Made by a program: the position numbers and the translations under genes. Positions 1-9,484 of a DNA stretch of 64,000 bases are shown in pieces (within the stretch, counting starts at the first letter, position 1; the number at the start of each line of letters is the position of its first letter). Location of the stretch: the NCBI GenBank assembly GCA_963666285.1, contig OY762711.1. One strand, 5' to 3'. Below the pieces are notes generated by a model that worked only from the letters and a program-made list of their open reading frames with translations, was not told where the DNA came from and searched no databases. This DNA comes from Sedimentisphaerales bacterium. Its GTDB lineage: Bacteria; Planctomycetota; Phycisphaerae; Sedimentisphaerales; SM23-30.

Positions 1-714
1 TAATTCATTATTTTCTAACAACATCAGGCCGTAATCCATTAGGATCTTGCAATTGCCTGGTTCTGTTCTTAAAGCATTAGTATAATATTCTCTTGCTTTA
101 TCCAGGTCTCCACTGACGCGAAGGGCCTGTGCAATTCTGAATTCTATTTGAGGGTGATCTGGGTCTAACTTCATTGTTTGCTGCCAACACCAGATAGCCT
201 TTTCGTATTTCTGCCTGAAAAACAATGAGTTACCGATATTATAGTAGCACAAAGGGCAATGTTCTTTTATTGTACGTGCCATATAGAACATTTGCTCTGC
301 TTTATCGTGCTGGCCCATTTCGGTATATGTTATGATTCTATTGCAATAACAGGGTTCAAATTCCGGATCAATTTGTTCCATTTCTTCAAATATTTTCACA
401 GCCATGTCATATTCACCTATACGTGTATAGTCAACACCAAGGCAGTTCAATATTTCCAGGTCGTTTGGACAATGATTCCTCGACTGTTCAAAAACTTCAA
501 TGGCTTCTTTGAATTTACCCAAACTATCTAAGGTAAGGCCAAGGTTAAATAGCCAGTCGGAATTTGCCGGGTTGATTTTTATGGCAGATTTGAGCATTTT
601 CATTGCAGACTCAATATCGCCATTTTCATAAAAATCACGTGCCTGTTCTGCCTGAGATTCGGCATCAGACCAGTCACCGGAGTTGAACGAATTATCATCA
701 AAATCATAATACAT
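1..714 (-). CDS. Tetratricopeptide-repeat protein (partial, runs off the left edge)
   Basis: Not in the ORF track. Manual translation from ATG at 714 (AGAGG RBS at 721-725) gives MYYDFDDNSFNSGDWSDAESQAEQARDFYENGDIESAMKMLKSAIKINPANSDWLFNLGLTLDSLGKFKEAIEVF..., with tandem TPR-like helices and an open frame to the window edge. Confidence 0.85.
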   Translation of the reverse strand, partial: MYYDFDDNSFNSGDWSDAESQAEQARDFYENGDIESAMKMLKSAIKINPANSDWLFNLGLTLDSLGKFKEAIEVFEQSRNHCPNDLEILNCLGVDYTRIGEYDMAVKIFEEMEQIDPEFEPCYCNRIITYTEMGQHDKAEQMFYMARTIKEHCPLCYYNIGNSLFFRQKYEKAIWCWQQTMKLDPDHPQIEFRIAQALRVSGDLDKAREYYTNALRTEPGNCKILMDYGLMLLENNEL

Positions 715-851
715 AGCATACCTCTTGTAATTAGTATTTTTACACTTTTGTTATCGACAAAGAAGTATAACTACATTACAAAAATATGGATTTTTCTATT
801 TACAATATACTTCTTAAGTTATTAACAGGAAGGATGTTACAAGTGAGGGGC

Positions 852-897
852 AAAAAAAAACGTCCCTGCACGAGAAATAGTTCCCCGCACAGGGCCG
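852..897 (-). terminator. Intrinsic terminator-like hairpin with a T9 tail
   Basis: Minus strand CCCTGTGCGGGGAA...TTCTCGTGCAGGG followed by T9. The G-U pairs form only on the minus strand. Confidence 0.6.
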
Positions 898-1215
898 CAT
901 TACGAAAGGAGCCTTATGATCTATTTTAATATATGTTCATTTTCTACATATATTAGATTATAATACATTTTATGTTAACAATGCTTTTATCGGTGAGATA
1001 AAAATGGAACTTAATATAAATAAAGACTAATTTATCTCTATAAATTATATGTATTGGTGAATTGTATCGATTATGACAATTGATATTAGCGTTTTTGTTA
1101 ATATTTGGATACAATGGTGTTAAAATAGGTAAAATATGCTCAGGTGGTATTATCTTAATTGAATAAGTTCAAAGTTTGAAATACAGAATTTAACGCATAA
1201 TAAAAGATAAATCTT

Positions 1216-1566
1216 ATGAGCAAGAAGGAAGAATATAAACGAATGAACAATAAAGAGTGCCAATCTTGTCCTCACACAGACAAGTGCAGGGAAGTCTGGT
1301 CTGAAGAAAATCGTGGCCCGCTTTCTCCTAAAGGCTTAGTTATTTGCAGTATATCTGCATTTTTACTACCATTAGTATTAGCTATTATATTCGGTACTGC
1401 TTCTAGAGCCTATGGTTTTACTGAAACAATACAGATATTTTCAGCATTATTGGGGTTTGTTATTGGTGTTGCTGTTGCTATTGTAATTGTTTATTACGCA
1501 AAAGATCGCTTCAAACGGGATATTCCACACAAGGATTGCATAAATGCCAATGAAGAATTGGTTTAA
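1216..1566 (+). CDS. Small membrane protein, RseC/MucC-like (SoxR reducing system)
   Basis: N-terminal CxxC-x5-C, then AFLLPL and two predicted TM helices. Confidence 0.5.
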   Translation: MSKKEEYKRMNNKECQSCPHTDKCREVWSEENRGPLSPKGLVICSISAFLLPLVLAIIFGTASRAYGFTETIQIFSALLGFVIGVAVAIVIVYYAKDRFKRDIPHKDCINANEELV

Positions 1567-1579
1567 TGTGTTTTCTTGA

Positions 1580-2425
1580 TTAATACCCCGGATCGAAATA
1601 ATTGGGATCATTGATATTATTTTCGTCTAGATATTTGAGCTGCTTAAGATATTTTTCTTCTGCTTGATTGTGTAAACCAAATAATAATGAGGCAATAATT
1701 CCAACAAGGATTGATGATAATGAAGCATTAAGGATATTCTGGTCAAAATCACGTTTCATTAATATTATTAGAATAAATTGGTCAATTAGTAGATATATAG
1801 TCATTACTATTATAGTTGAGAGAATCGTAGAGCGATTCACTATAAACTTTGATTTTGGACTAATACATCTCCACCACATCATAGTAATAGTGCAATAGCA
1901 TGCCATATATGCCAGATCCAGCAATGGATTAAAGGATTCAGGAACAGTTACAAACGGGGTCTGGAGCGGCCAGTGGGTAAATACAAAAAATGCAATCCAA
2001 ATAAGGATTAACCAGTGACTGAGCTTTCTGATAAGGAAGATAATTAACAAAGAAGATAGTATACCAAGACTGTCAAAGCAAAGATCTACTATAGATGTTG
2101 TTCTGCCGACAAACCACTGGGTTAATTCGTCAAGCATTCCATAGCCAACAAGCATTAAAACAACAAACCATGTTTTTTTCTCTTTAAAAGTTGGCCTGGT
2201 ATCACGATAATAAGCCAGCCAGAAAAATATACCCAATCCCAAATATGCAACATAGTGCATAGTTTTATCTTTTCCTACTACTGTAACGGCAGGCAGTTTA
2301 CCTGTTGGAGTATGTGTTGCAATAAAAATAGTAAGCCAGTAAATGCACAGCACTGCCCACGGTATAAGTAAAACCAGGTGTTTGCGTAAGAAAGACAGAG
2401 TTTTGAAGGCCGGACCATAACTCAT
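1580..2425 (-). CDS. VanZ-family membrane protein (apparently duplicated VanZ-like unit)
   Basis: DKTMHYVAY, YGMLDELTQWFVGRTTSIVDLCFDSLG motifs; the second half repeats the THxP motif. Confidence 0.8.
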   Translation of the reverse strand: MSYGPAFKTLSFLRKHLVLLIPWAVLCIYWLTIFIATHTPTGKLPAVTVVGKDKTMHYVAYLGLGIFFWLAYYRDTRPTFKEKKTWFVVLMLVGYGMLDELTQWFVGRTTSIVDLCFDSLGILSSLLIIFLIRKLSHWLILIWIAFFVFTHWPLQTPFVTVPESFNPLLDLAYMACYCTITMMWWRCISPKSKFIVNRSTILSTIIVMTIYLLIDQFILIILMKRDFDQNILNASLSSILVGIIASLLFGLHNQAEEKYLKQLKYLDENNINDPNYFDPGY

Positions 2426-3459
2426 ATGTTTCGAGATTCTCCTGTGTCTGGTGAAAGCTCAGAAACAATCGGTTGGCTTTGATAGTTATGTGGAGTATTG
2501 TCCGGAACTTCTATAATATTAGTCTGAGCATCAGTTAATGGCGTAGATTGAGCTTGTTCGATATCTGATAACTGGCTTTCTGATTTTTGATATGAAGAAT
2601 GATCATCATTATCAGTATTAAGATTATCAGGTGTTACGAGTTCACTTTTTTGACCAACAAGTGGGTCGCCATTTTCCATGAGAATTACTTCTGAAGCTAG
2701 CGCCCTGTAATCCTCTGCGCCATTACTTGAATTTTCGTATTCAAAAATAGTTTGCCCATAACTAGGTGACTCTGCCAGTTTGACATTTCTTCTGATTTTT
2801 GTGTCAAATATCCTGACATTACGCCATGGGCATTCAATAATTCTATGCTGGTTGACAAATTCCTGGATTTCTCCTACAACTTCATTTGATAAAGATAAAC
2901 GGCTGTCAAACATGCAGAAAAGCATACCTGTTACTGTCAGCTCTCTGTTTATTCTTTGCTGAACCAGTGTAACCGATTCAAGGAGTTGGCTAAGTCCCTG
3001 GAGAGATAAGAAATGAGGCTGCATCGGAATAAAGATTTCCCGGGCTGCTCCTAGAGCATTAAGTGTAAGCATACCAAGGGAGGGCGGACAGTCAATAAAT
3101 ACATAATCACATTCCTGTTGGTATCCTGAAATAGCGTCTCTGAGTATTGTTTCACGTCCTACAACAGAAACAAGTTCCTGCTCAGCAGCCGTTAAATTTA
3201 TACCAGAGCTAAGCAATTTCATTCCATCCTTAATATCAATAAGACACTCGGAAAGCTTTTTGTTCTGGCAGAGAAGTTCATAGCTGCTCAGTTGGACATC
3301 AAAAGGAGATACTCCCAAAAATGTTGTCAAATGGGCCTGTGGGTCCAGGTCAATCAAAATCACCTTGCGACCATTTGCAGCTAAGGCTGCTGCAAGATTT
3401 GCCGTTGTTGTGGTTTTTCCAACTCCACCTTTTTGGTTAGTTACTGCAATTATTCTCAT
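2422..3459 (-). CDS. parA: ParA/Soj family ATPase with an acidic low-complexity C-terminal extension
   Basis: NQKGGVGKTT deviant Walker A, IDLDPQ, IDCPPSLG, IRRNVKLAESPSYG. Confidence 0.9.
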   Translation of the reverse strand: MRIIAVTNQKGGVGKTTTTANLAAALAANGRKVILIDLDPQAHLTTFLGVSPFDVQLSSYELLCQNKKLSECLIDIKDGMKLLSSGINLTAAEQELVSVVGRETILRDAISGYQQECDYVFIDCPPSLGMLTLNALGAAREIFIPMQPHFLSLQGLSQLLESVTLVQQRINRELTVTGMLFCMFDSRLSLSNEVVGEIQEFVNQHRIIECPWRNVRIFDTKIRRNVKLAESPSYGQTIFEYENSSNGAEDYRALASEVILMENGDPLVGQKSELVTPDNLNTDNDDHSSYQKSESQLSDIEQAQSTPLTDAQTNIIEVPDNTPHNYQSQPIVSELSPDTGESRNI

Positions 3460-3501
3460 GGATAAAAACTCATAATGAATTATATAAAATTGTGCTAAAA
3501 A

Positions 3502-4383
3502 TTAAAAAACTATAGAAGCATATCCAACACTGTTGATGTCAGATCTGCCAAATTTATTCTCGTAAACTTCAGAACTGCAGGTTTGCTTAAGGAGAATGCC
3601 TTTTGAAGAGCCTCTATCTAAAGCAAACTTGGTAGTAGCAGCTATTGCTCCAGCTCCACACGCATTTTTATAGGTTTCGGCCACATTAACAACTTGATCA
3701 TATTTCATAGAGCAAACCAAATCTATCATATATCTGTCATTAGTATTTTTGGCCCATTGTAACGCCTCGCGGCCGGTTCCCATATTAGTATTATAATAAC
3801 TGGGGCCATAGTGAGTGAGGTCTGTTGAACCTATTGCAACAGTATTGCATTTCTTGAGACCGGATACGACCTCTGCGGTGATTGTACCAATTTGCGAAGC
3901 TGATTCAATAGGTTGAACCATGATTGGTACAATTTTTGCGTCTGGAAATTGATACTGAATAAAAGGTACAATTACTTCAAGTGAATGTTCGTTGCTATGT
4001 CCCTGGTAATTGTTTAATAATAAGCCATCTGCTTTGTCAAGGAGTTCTGAAGCTAGGTCATAATCAATATCTATATTGCCTAAAGGAGTCGCCCAGCTGC
4101 CATCGCGGTAAATCATATGGTTATGAGAGTTTACTGAATGATTTGCCCCAAATAGGATAAAAGTATCTACATCCTGCTTTGACTTTAATGCCTTAAAAAA
4201 CATGCCGCATAAGTCACCACTAAATACCCAGCCTGCATGAGGAACTATTCCGGCCGATATTGTATCTGGGAGATCAGGTATTTCGGAATCATTTCCAAAA
4301 ATCAAATTGTATAAATCTTTTAAGCATTCTTCCCGGTCCGCACTATAAAACCGGCCTGCTGCTATTGCCATCCTGACTGACAT
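3502..4383 (-). CDS. amrB: MEMO1-family protein (AmmeMemoRadiSam system protein B)
   Basis: AGRFY, IVPHAGWVFSG, EHSLEV, STDLTHYG, CG, SVGYASIVF motifs. Confidence 0.9.
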   Translation of the reverse strand: MSVRMAIAAGRFYSADREECLKDLYNLIFGNDSEIPDLPDTISAGIVPHAGWVFSGDLCGMFFKALKSKQDVDTFILFGANHSVNSHNHMIYRDGSWATPLGNIDIDYDLASELLDKADGLLLNNYQGHSNEHSLEVIVPFIQYQFPDAKIVPIMVQPIESASQIGTITAEVVSGLKKCNTVAIGSTDLTHYGPSYYNTNMGTGREALQWAKNTNDRYMIDLVCSMKYDQVVNVAETYKNACGAGAIAATTKFALDRGSSKGILLKQTCSSEVYENKFGRSDINSVGYASIVF

Positions 4384-4444
4384 GTAATTTCAATCTCCGT
4401 TACGTAATCATTATAATGCACTATAATCACAATTATTACAGCAC

Positions 4445-4473
4445 TTGACTTTGAACATGATTTTCTGTATTAT
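4445..4473 (+). promoter_or_regulatory. Putative sigma70 promoter for efp
   Basis: TTGACT-N17-TATTAT. Confidence 0.55.
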
Positions 4474-4585
4474 ACATAACTTCTTGTTTTTGTTAAGTTT
4501 ATTATTTTGGGTATAGAGAAACATAATTGTTTGCGATTTAATACCCTAATTACTGTAAGTGTAGAAAGTATAGGAAGATACAACA

Positions 4586-5155
4586 ATGATAAAAGCTACT
4601 GATATGAAAAAGGGTATGGTGCTTAAAATTGACGGGAAACCTTGTGAAGTCCTTGATTATCAGCATGTTAAGCTTGGTAAAGGGGGAGCCGTACTACAAA
4701 CCAAGTTTAAGAATATTCAGGAAGGCGGAACAGTAAATAAACGTATTCGCTCGGAAGAAACTTTGGAACAGATATTTGTCGAAAAGAAGAAATATGAATT
4801 TCTTTACTCTACTGGTACCGAACATGTATTTATGGATAAAGAAAACTATGATCAGCTTGAATTGCAGGATAGTGATTTTGCTGATGGCCAGGGTACAAAA
4901 TGGTGTAAGGAAAATACTGATGTTGAAATACAATTCCTTGATGGAAAACCATTCAATGTCGTGTTGCCCAATACTGTAGATTTGTTAGTTGTAGATACGC
5001 CACCTGCAATAAAGGGAGCAACAGCTACAAATCAGTATAAAAAAGCAACTCTTGAAACTGGTGCAATGGTTAATGTGCCGCCGTTTGTTGAAAATGGTGA
5101 ATTGATTAGAGTTGACACCAGAACCGAGGAATACGTAGAAAGAGTTAAGAATTAA
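4586..5155 (+). CDS. efp: Elongation factor P
   Basis: HVKLGKGGA loop, KATLETGAMVNVPPFVENGELIRVDTRTEEYVER C-terminal signature. Confidence 0.97.
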   Translation: MIKATDMKKGMVLKIDGKPCEVLDYQHVKLGKGGAVLQTKFKNIQEGGTVNKRIRSEETLEQIFVEKKKYEFLYSTGTEHVFMDKENYDQLELQDSDFADGQGTKWCKENTDVEIQFLDGKPFNVVLPNTVDLLVVDTPPAIKGATATNQYKKATLETGAMVNVPPFVENGELIRVDTRTEEYVERVKN

Positions 5156-5204
5156 CTAGTTTGATGATTGCCTTTTAAATTTAATATTGTATTGTAAATT
5201 TGAA

Positions 5205-5258
5205 ATGATTTATAGATTTTACATTATTGCCATTAGCATTATTATTCGTTACCAATGA
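5205..5258 (+). CDS. Ile-rich leader peptide (MIYRFYIIAISIIIRYQ) of a cimA attenuator
   Basis: 17-codon ORF with 7 ATT (Ile) codons, directly upstream of antiterminator/terminator hairpins and of citramalate synthase. Confidence 0.8.
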   Translation: MIYRFYIIAISIIIRYQ

Positions 5259-5294
5259 TTGGTCTGCGGCGATAATTACATGTAAGCAAATTAT

Positions 5295-5325
5295 AAGCCT
5301 CGGACCTTATCCGGGGCTTTTTTTT
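5295..5325 (+). terminator. Attenuator terminator upstream of cimA
   Basis: AAGCCTCGGA-CCTTA-TCCGGGGCTT stem running into a T8 tract. Confidence 0.85.
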
Positions 5326-5396
5326 GATTGATATAATAATTAGTTAATACGCAGAATTGCTGTAGAATAAACATTAATGACAGGAGGTTGTAACTA

Positions 5397-6983
5397 ATGT
5401 CAAAAGAGCCAGTGAAATGTCAGGTACCGGCTGGAAGAGTGGAAATTTATGATACTACTCTCCGTGACGGAGCTCAGGGAGAAGGGGTTTCCTTTTCCCT
5501 ACAGGATAAAATTGCGATCTCAAAGAAGCTTGATGAGTTACGGGTCGATTATATAGAAGGGGGATATCCTTTAAGTAATGCCAAAGACGAAGCATTCTTT
5601 AAGGAAATTCGTAAAATTAACCTCAAGCATAGTAAAATTGCTGCATTTGGTATGACTCGCAGACGTGGTGTTAAAGCTGAAGAAGATACATGTCTTTTGG
5701 CACTTCAGAAATCTCTCGCTCCAGTTGTCACTATCGTTGGTAAAGGCTGGGATATGCAAGTCAAGGAGGTCCTGGGCGTATCTCTGGATGAAAATATGCA
5801 GATGGTTGCTGACTCCTGCAGATTCCTGAAAAAAAAGAAGCGTGACGTGTTTTTTGATGCAGAACATTTTTTTGACGGATATAAATCAAACCCTGAATAT
5901 AGCTTGAAGGTATTACAGGCAGCTGCAGAAGCCGGAGCTATCCGTTTTATTTTATGCGATACTAACGGCGGAAGCATGGTTCATGAAATTGAAGAAATTA
6001 CCGCTGAAGTTGTTAATTCGCTTGGCATAGAAGTTGGAATTCACGCTCATAATGATTGTGGACTTGCTGTGGCTAATTCTTTGGCTGCGGTAAAAGCAGG
6101 TGCTGTCCAGGTCCAGGGGACATTTAATGGCTTAGGTGAACGTTGTGGCAACGCTGATTTATGTTCTGTGATACCCAATCTGGCATTTAAGTTTAATAAG
6201 ACAGTTCTTAATAAGTCTGCTCTTACTAAACTGACTGAAGCATCCAGATTTGTTTATGATACAGCTAATATCAACTTACCAATTAACCAGCCTTTTGTTG
6301 GTGCATCGAGTTTTACGCATAAAGGCGGCATGCATGTCCATGCTATACAAAAAGCTACTAAAACTTATGAACACATTGAACCAGAGATGGTTGGCAATAC
6401 CAGAAAAATAATTGTTAGCGAATTATCAGGGGCATCAAATCTACTTGCTAGAAGTGAAAAATTAGCAAATTTGAAAGATAAAAATATTGTTAAAAAGGTA
6501 TTGCAGGAAGTTCAGGATTTGGAGAATGATGGATATCAATTTGAAAAAGCAGATGCTTCATTAGACTTGATTATTCACAAGCATCTCGGTAAAGAAGAGA
6601 CATTTTTTGAACTAGACCATTATCGTTCAATTATTCTAAAAGATAATAGTTCCAATGAAGCTATTTCAGAAGCAACAGTAAAGTTGAGAGTGAATGGAAA
6701 GGTTGAGCATCGAGTTGCTGAAGGTGATGGTCCGGTTAACTCGCTTGATGCAGCGTTGAGGCAGACGCTGATTCCTCATTATCCAAAATTAAAAGAAATG
6801 CAGCTTGTAGATTATAAGGTAAGAGTTGTTAATTCAAAAGGTGCCTCAGCAGCAAAGGTATGTGTAGTAATTGAATCCAGAGACAATGAAAGCCATTGGG
6901 GTACTGTAGGCGTCTCTGAGAACATTATTGACGCCTCCTGGCAGGCTCTTGTAGATAGTTTTGTTTATAAACTATTGAAATAA
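5397..6983 (+). CDS. cimA: Citramalate synthase (LeuA/CimA family)
   Basis: DTTLRDGAQGEG, FDAEHFFDGY, CDTNGG, HAHND, HKGGMH, WGTVGVSENIIDASWQAL; typical of the bacterial CimA subtype. Confidence 0.92.
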   Translation: MSKEPVKCQVPAGRVEIYDTTLRDGAQGEGVSFSLQDKIAISKKLDELRVDYIEGGYPLSNAKDEAFFKEIRKINLKHSKIAAFGMTRRRGVKAEEDTCLLALQKSLAPVVTIVGKGWDMQVKEVLGVSLDENMQMVADSCRFLKKKKRDVFFDAEHFFDGYKSNPEYSLKVLQAAAEAGAIRFILCDTNGGSMVHEIEEITAEVVNSLGIEVGIHAHNDCGLAVANSLAAVKAGAVQVQGTFNGLGERCGNADLCSVIPNLAFKFNKTVLNKSALTKLTEASRFVYDTANINLPINQPFVGASSFTHKGGMHVHAIQKATKTYEHIEPEMVGNTRKIIVSELSGASNLLARSEKLANLKDKNIVKKVLQEVQDLENDGYQFEKADASLDLIIHKHLGKEETFFELDHYRSIILKDNSSNEAISEATVKLRVNGKVEHRVAEGDGPVNSLDAALRQTLIPHYPKLKEMQLVDYKVRVVNSKGASAAKVCVVIESRDNESHWGTVGVSENIIDASWQALVDSFVYKLLK

Positions 6984-7147
6984 CTATAATTATGTAATGT
7001 CAGTATTGTTGCAGATTTATTAATTATAGCCATAAAATTTAATAATTGCACCACTATGGATAGATGTTATATTATATGTTATTATTATCGTAAAACATTG
7101 TAACTTAGATATTTATTTACTTGATTAAGGTATAACGGCAAATTATA

Positions 7148-8458
7148 ATGCGCTCCATGATTAGGCGAAGTTTAGTACATGAAGGGTCAGGTCAGCTGAC
7201 ATATGAAATTCGTGAGATTGTTAACGTTGCTAATGATCTTGCTGATTTAGGCGTAAATATCATTTGGGAAAATATTGGTGATCCTATTGCAAAAGGTGAA
7301 CCGATGCCTAAATGGATAAAAGATATTATTGCTGATCTCGTAAAGCAAGATATAACATATGGTTATGTATCAACGCAGGGTGTGCGTGACACGCGTGAAT
7401 TCTTGGCCAACCAGGTTAATATACGTGGTGGTGCTCAAATTACTGCTGATGATATTGTCTTTTTTAATGGATTAGGCGATGCTGTAGCAAGGTTGTTTGG
7501 TTTTCTTAAACGTGAAGCTCGTGTTATTGGTCCGTCTCCGGCATATTCTACGCATTCATCTGCTGAAGCTGCTCATAGCGGCTATGAACATTTAACTTAT
7601 GAGCTTGACCCTAATAACGGCTGGATGCCGGACTTAGTGGATTTAGAGAATAAAGTTAGATATAATGACTCTATTGCCGGAATCTTGTTGATTAACCCGG
7701 ATAATCCGACAGGGGTAGTTTATCCCAAGGAATTTCTGGAAAAAATGATTGATATCGCCAGACGCCATAAAGTTTTCATTATGTGTGATGAAATCTATTC
7801 ACATATTGTGTATGGGGGAGCTAAAACTGCTCATTTAAGTGAGATTATTGGCGATGTTCCCGGAATTGCGCTCAGAGGTATTAGTAAAGAATACCCATGG
7901 CCTGGAGGCAGATGTGGATGGATTGAAGTTTTTAATCAGGATAAATATCCAGATTTTAAGGCATATATAAATTCGGTAATAAGTGCCAAAAGACTTGAAG
8001 TATGTTCGACAAGTTTACCTCAATATTCTATTCCGTTAGTAGTTGGAGATGAACGATATATTCCGCATCTGGAAAAAAGAAAATCGATGTTCGAAGAAAG
8101 GGCTGATGAATTTTATAATACATTTAACGGAGTACCTGGTATAACTGTTGTTAAGCCGCAAGGAGCTTTTTACGCTTCTGTACTTTTTGATGATGGTATA
8201 TTAAGTGATAGCCAAAGATTACCGATTAGTAATAAAAGAGCAAAAGAGTATATAGAAAACAAGATAGCAGATGTCGCGCCTGATAAGAGATTTGTATATT
8301 ATCTACTGGCGTCCACAGGAGTATGTGTAGTTCCTCTTACAGGTTTCTGCTGTGATAAGAAAGGTTTCAGGGTGACATTACTGGAATGTAATGATGAGGC
8401 CAGGAATAATACCTGGAAACTCATTACAGATTCCATTCAAACTTATATAAGTAGTTGA
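7148..8458 (+). CDS. PLP-dependent aminotransferase class I/II (AlaA-like)
   Basis: NIGDP, INPDNPTG, DEIY, GISKEYPWPGGRCGW, PQGAFY. Confidence 0.88.
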   Translation: MRSMIRRSLVHEGSGQLTYEIREIVNVANDLADLGVNIIWENIGDPIAKGEPMPKWIKDIIADLVKQDITYGYVSTQGVRDTREFLANQVNIRGGAQITADDIVFFNGLGDAVARLFGFLKREARVIGPSPAYSTHSSAEAAHSGYEHLTYELDPNNGWMPDLVDLENKVRYNDSIAGILLINPDNPTGVVYPKEFLEKMIDIARRHKVFIMCDEIYSHIVYGGAKTAHLSEIIGDVPGIALRGISKEYPWPGGRCGWIEVFNQDKYPDFKAYINSVISAKRLEVCSTSLPQYSIPLVVGDERYIPHLEKRKSMFEERADEFYNTFNGVPGITVVKPQGAFYASVLFDDGILSDSQRLPISNKRAKEYIENKIADVAPDKRFVYYLLASTGVCVVPLTGFCCDKKGFRVTLLECNDEARNNTWKLITDSIQTYISS

Positions 8459-8489
8459 TTTAGACTTTGTATCAGTTAAGGAAATTACA

Positions 8490-9410
8490 ATGCGAATAAT
8501 TGTAAGAAGAGGTTATACCTTAATTTACGACAAAAGATTTGAAAAAGGGCCAGTAAATATAGGCCGTCGCAGAGAATGTAACATTTCCTTGCCAGACCGT
8601 GCGGTCTCCAGAAAACATGCTACTTTATTAATGGATAGAAATGGACATTGGTATGTCCAGGATATGGAGTCTGCAAATCAGACACTGGTAAATGGTAAGC
8701 CCGTATCAAGAGTTCCATTACGTGAAGGTGATGTAATAAATATTGCAGACTTTACTTTGGAAATTCATTTTGATGATATAAAACCTGAATTGGAACAGGC
8801 TGTTGAAAATATGGAGGATCATATTTTTGATCCAAAATTATCTTCTTCTGATACAGTTATAGGCCAGAATATTCAAGGTAATATTTATTCCTGTTCATGT
8901 CGGTATGATAGGATAATAGAATTAGCACCGAGACATCTTAAAGATTTTTATGATATAAATCTTTCGTTATTCAATCTGACAGACGAAGAATCTTTCCTTT
9001 CAGAGTTCACTAAAGTATTAAAGGACCAATTCCAGGCTTCTCATGTCTGGGCGGGTTTACGTGAAACTACCACCGGTCCATTGACTTGTCACTACGGAAG
9101 AGGGCGGGGTGGAGCACGTTTAGATATGAGCGGAATGCCGGGTAAACATATAATTCGCCAGGCTATTGAAACTGAAAAATATATATTAGTACCAGACTTT
9201 CATGATAGCTTTACTCCTGAAGACACACGGTTGCCGGATGCAACATATGTCCTATCGGCAATGGCAGCTCCTATAGTAGCTCCAATTGGAATATATGGAA
9301 TAATATATATTGATAACTGGAAGGATAGCAGACCTTATGACAGATTTGATCTTGATTATTTGACTTTGCTCAGTATCCAGATAGCTGCTTTTTCGGAAAA
9401 GATTGGATAA
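8490..9410 (+). CDS. FHA + GAF domain protein
   Basis: N-terminal IGR...VSRKHA...SANQTLVNG (FHA); C-terminal SAMAAPI...GIIYIDN...DLDYL (GAF). Confidence 0.85.
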   Translation: MRIIVRRGYTLIYDKRFEKGPVNIGRRRECNISLPDRAVSRKHATLLMDRNGHWYVQDMESANQTLVNGKPVSRVPLREGDVINIADFTLEIHFDDIKPELEQAVENMEDHIFDPKLSSSDTVIGQNIQGNIYSCSCRYDRIIELAPRHLKDFYDINLSLFNLTDEESFLSEFTKVLKDQFQASHVWAGLRETTTGPLTCHYGRGRGGARLDMSGMPGKHIIRQAIETEKYILVPDFHDSFTPEDTRLPDATYVLSAMAAPIVAPIGIYGIIYIDNWKDSRPYDRFDLDYLTLLSIQIAAFSEKIG

Positions 9411-9484
9411 AGCAATACACCGCTAAAAGTACATTATATAATGTTTGAGATTGTTAAGTTTTTTACAATACGCAGGGAATTAAA

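Noticed and set aside
259..531. 90-aa plus-strand ORF and the many other short ORFs nested in or antisense to long genes
   Set aside because: Shadow frames of well-supported genes (here the minus-strand TPR gene) with no recognisable motifs.
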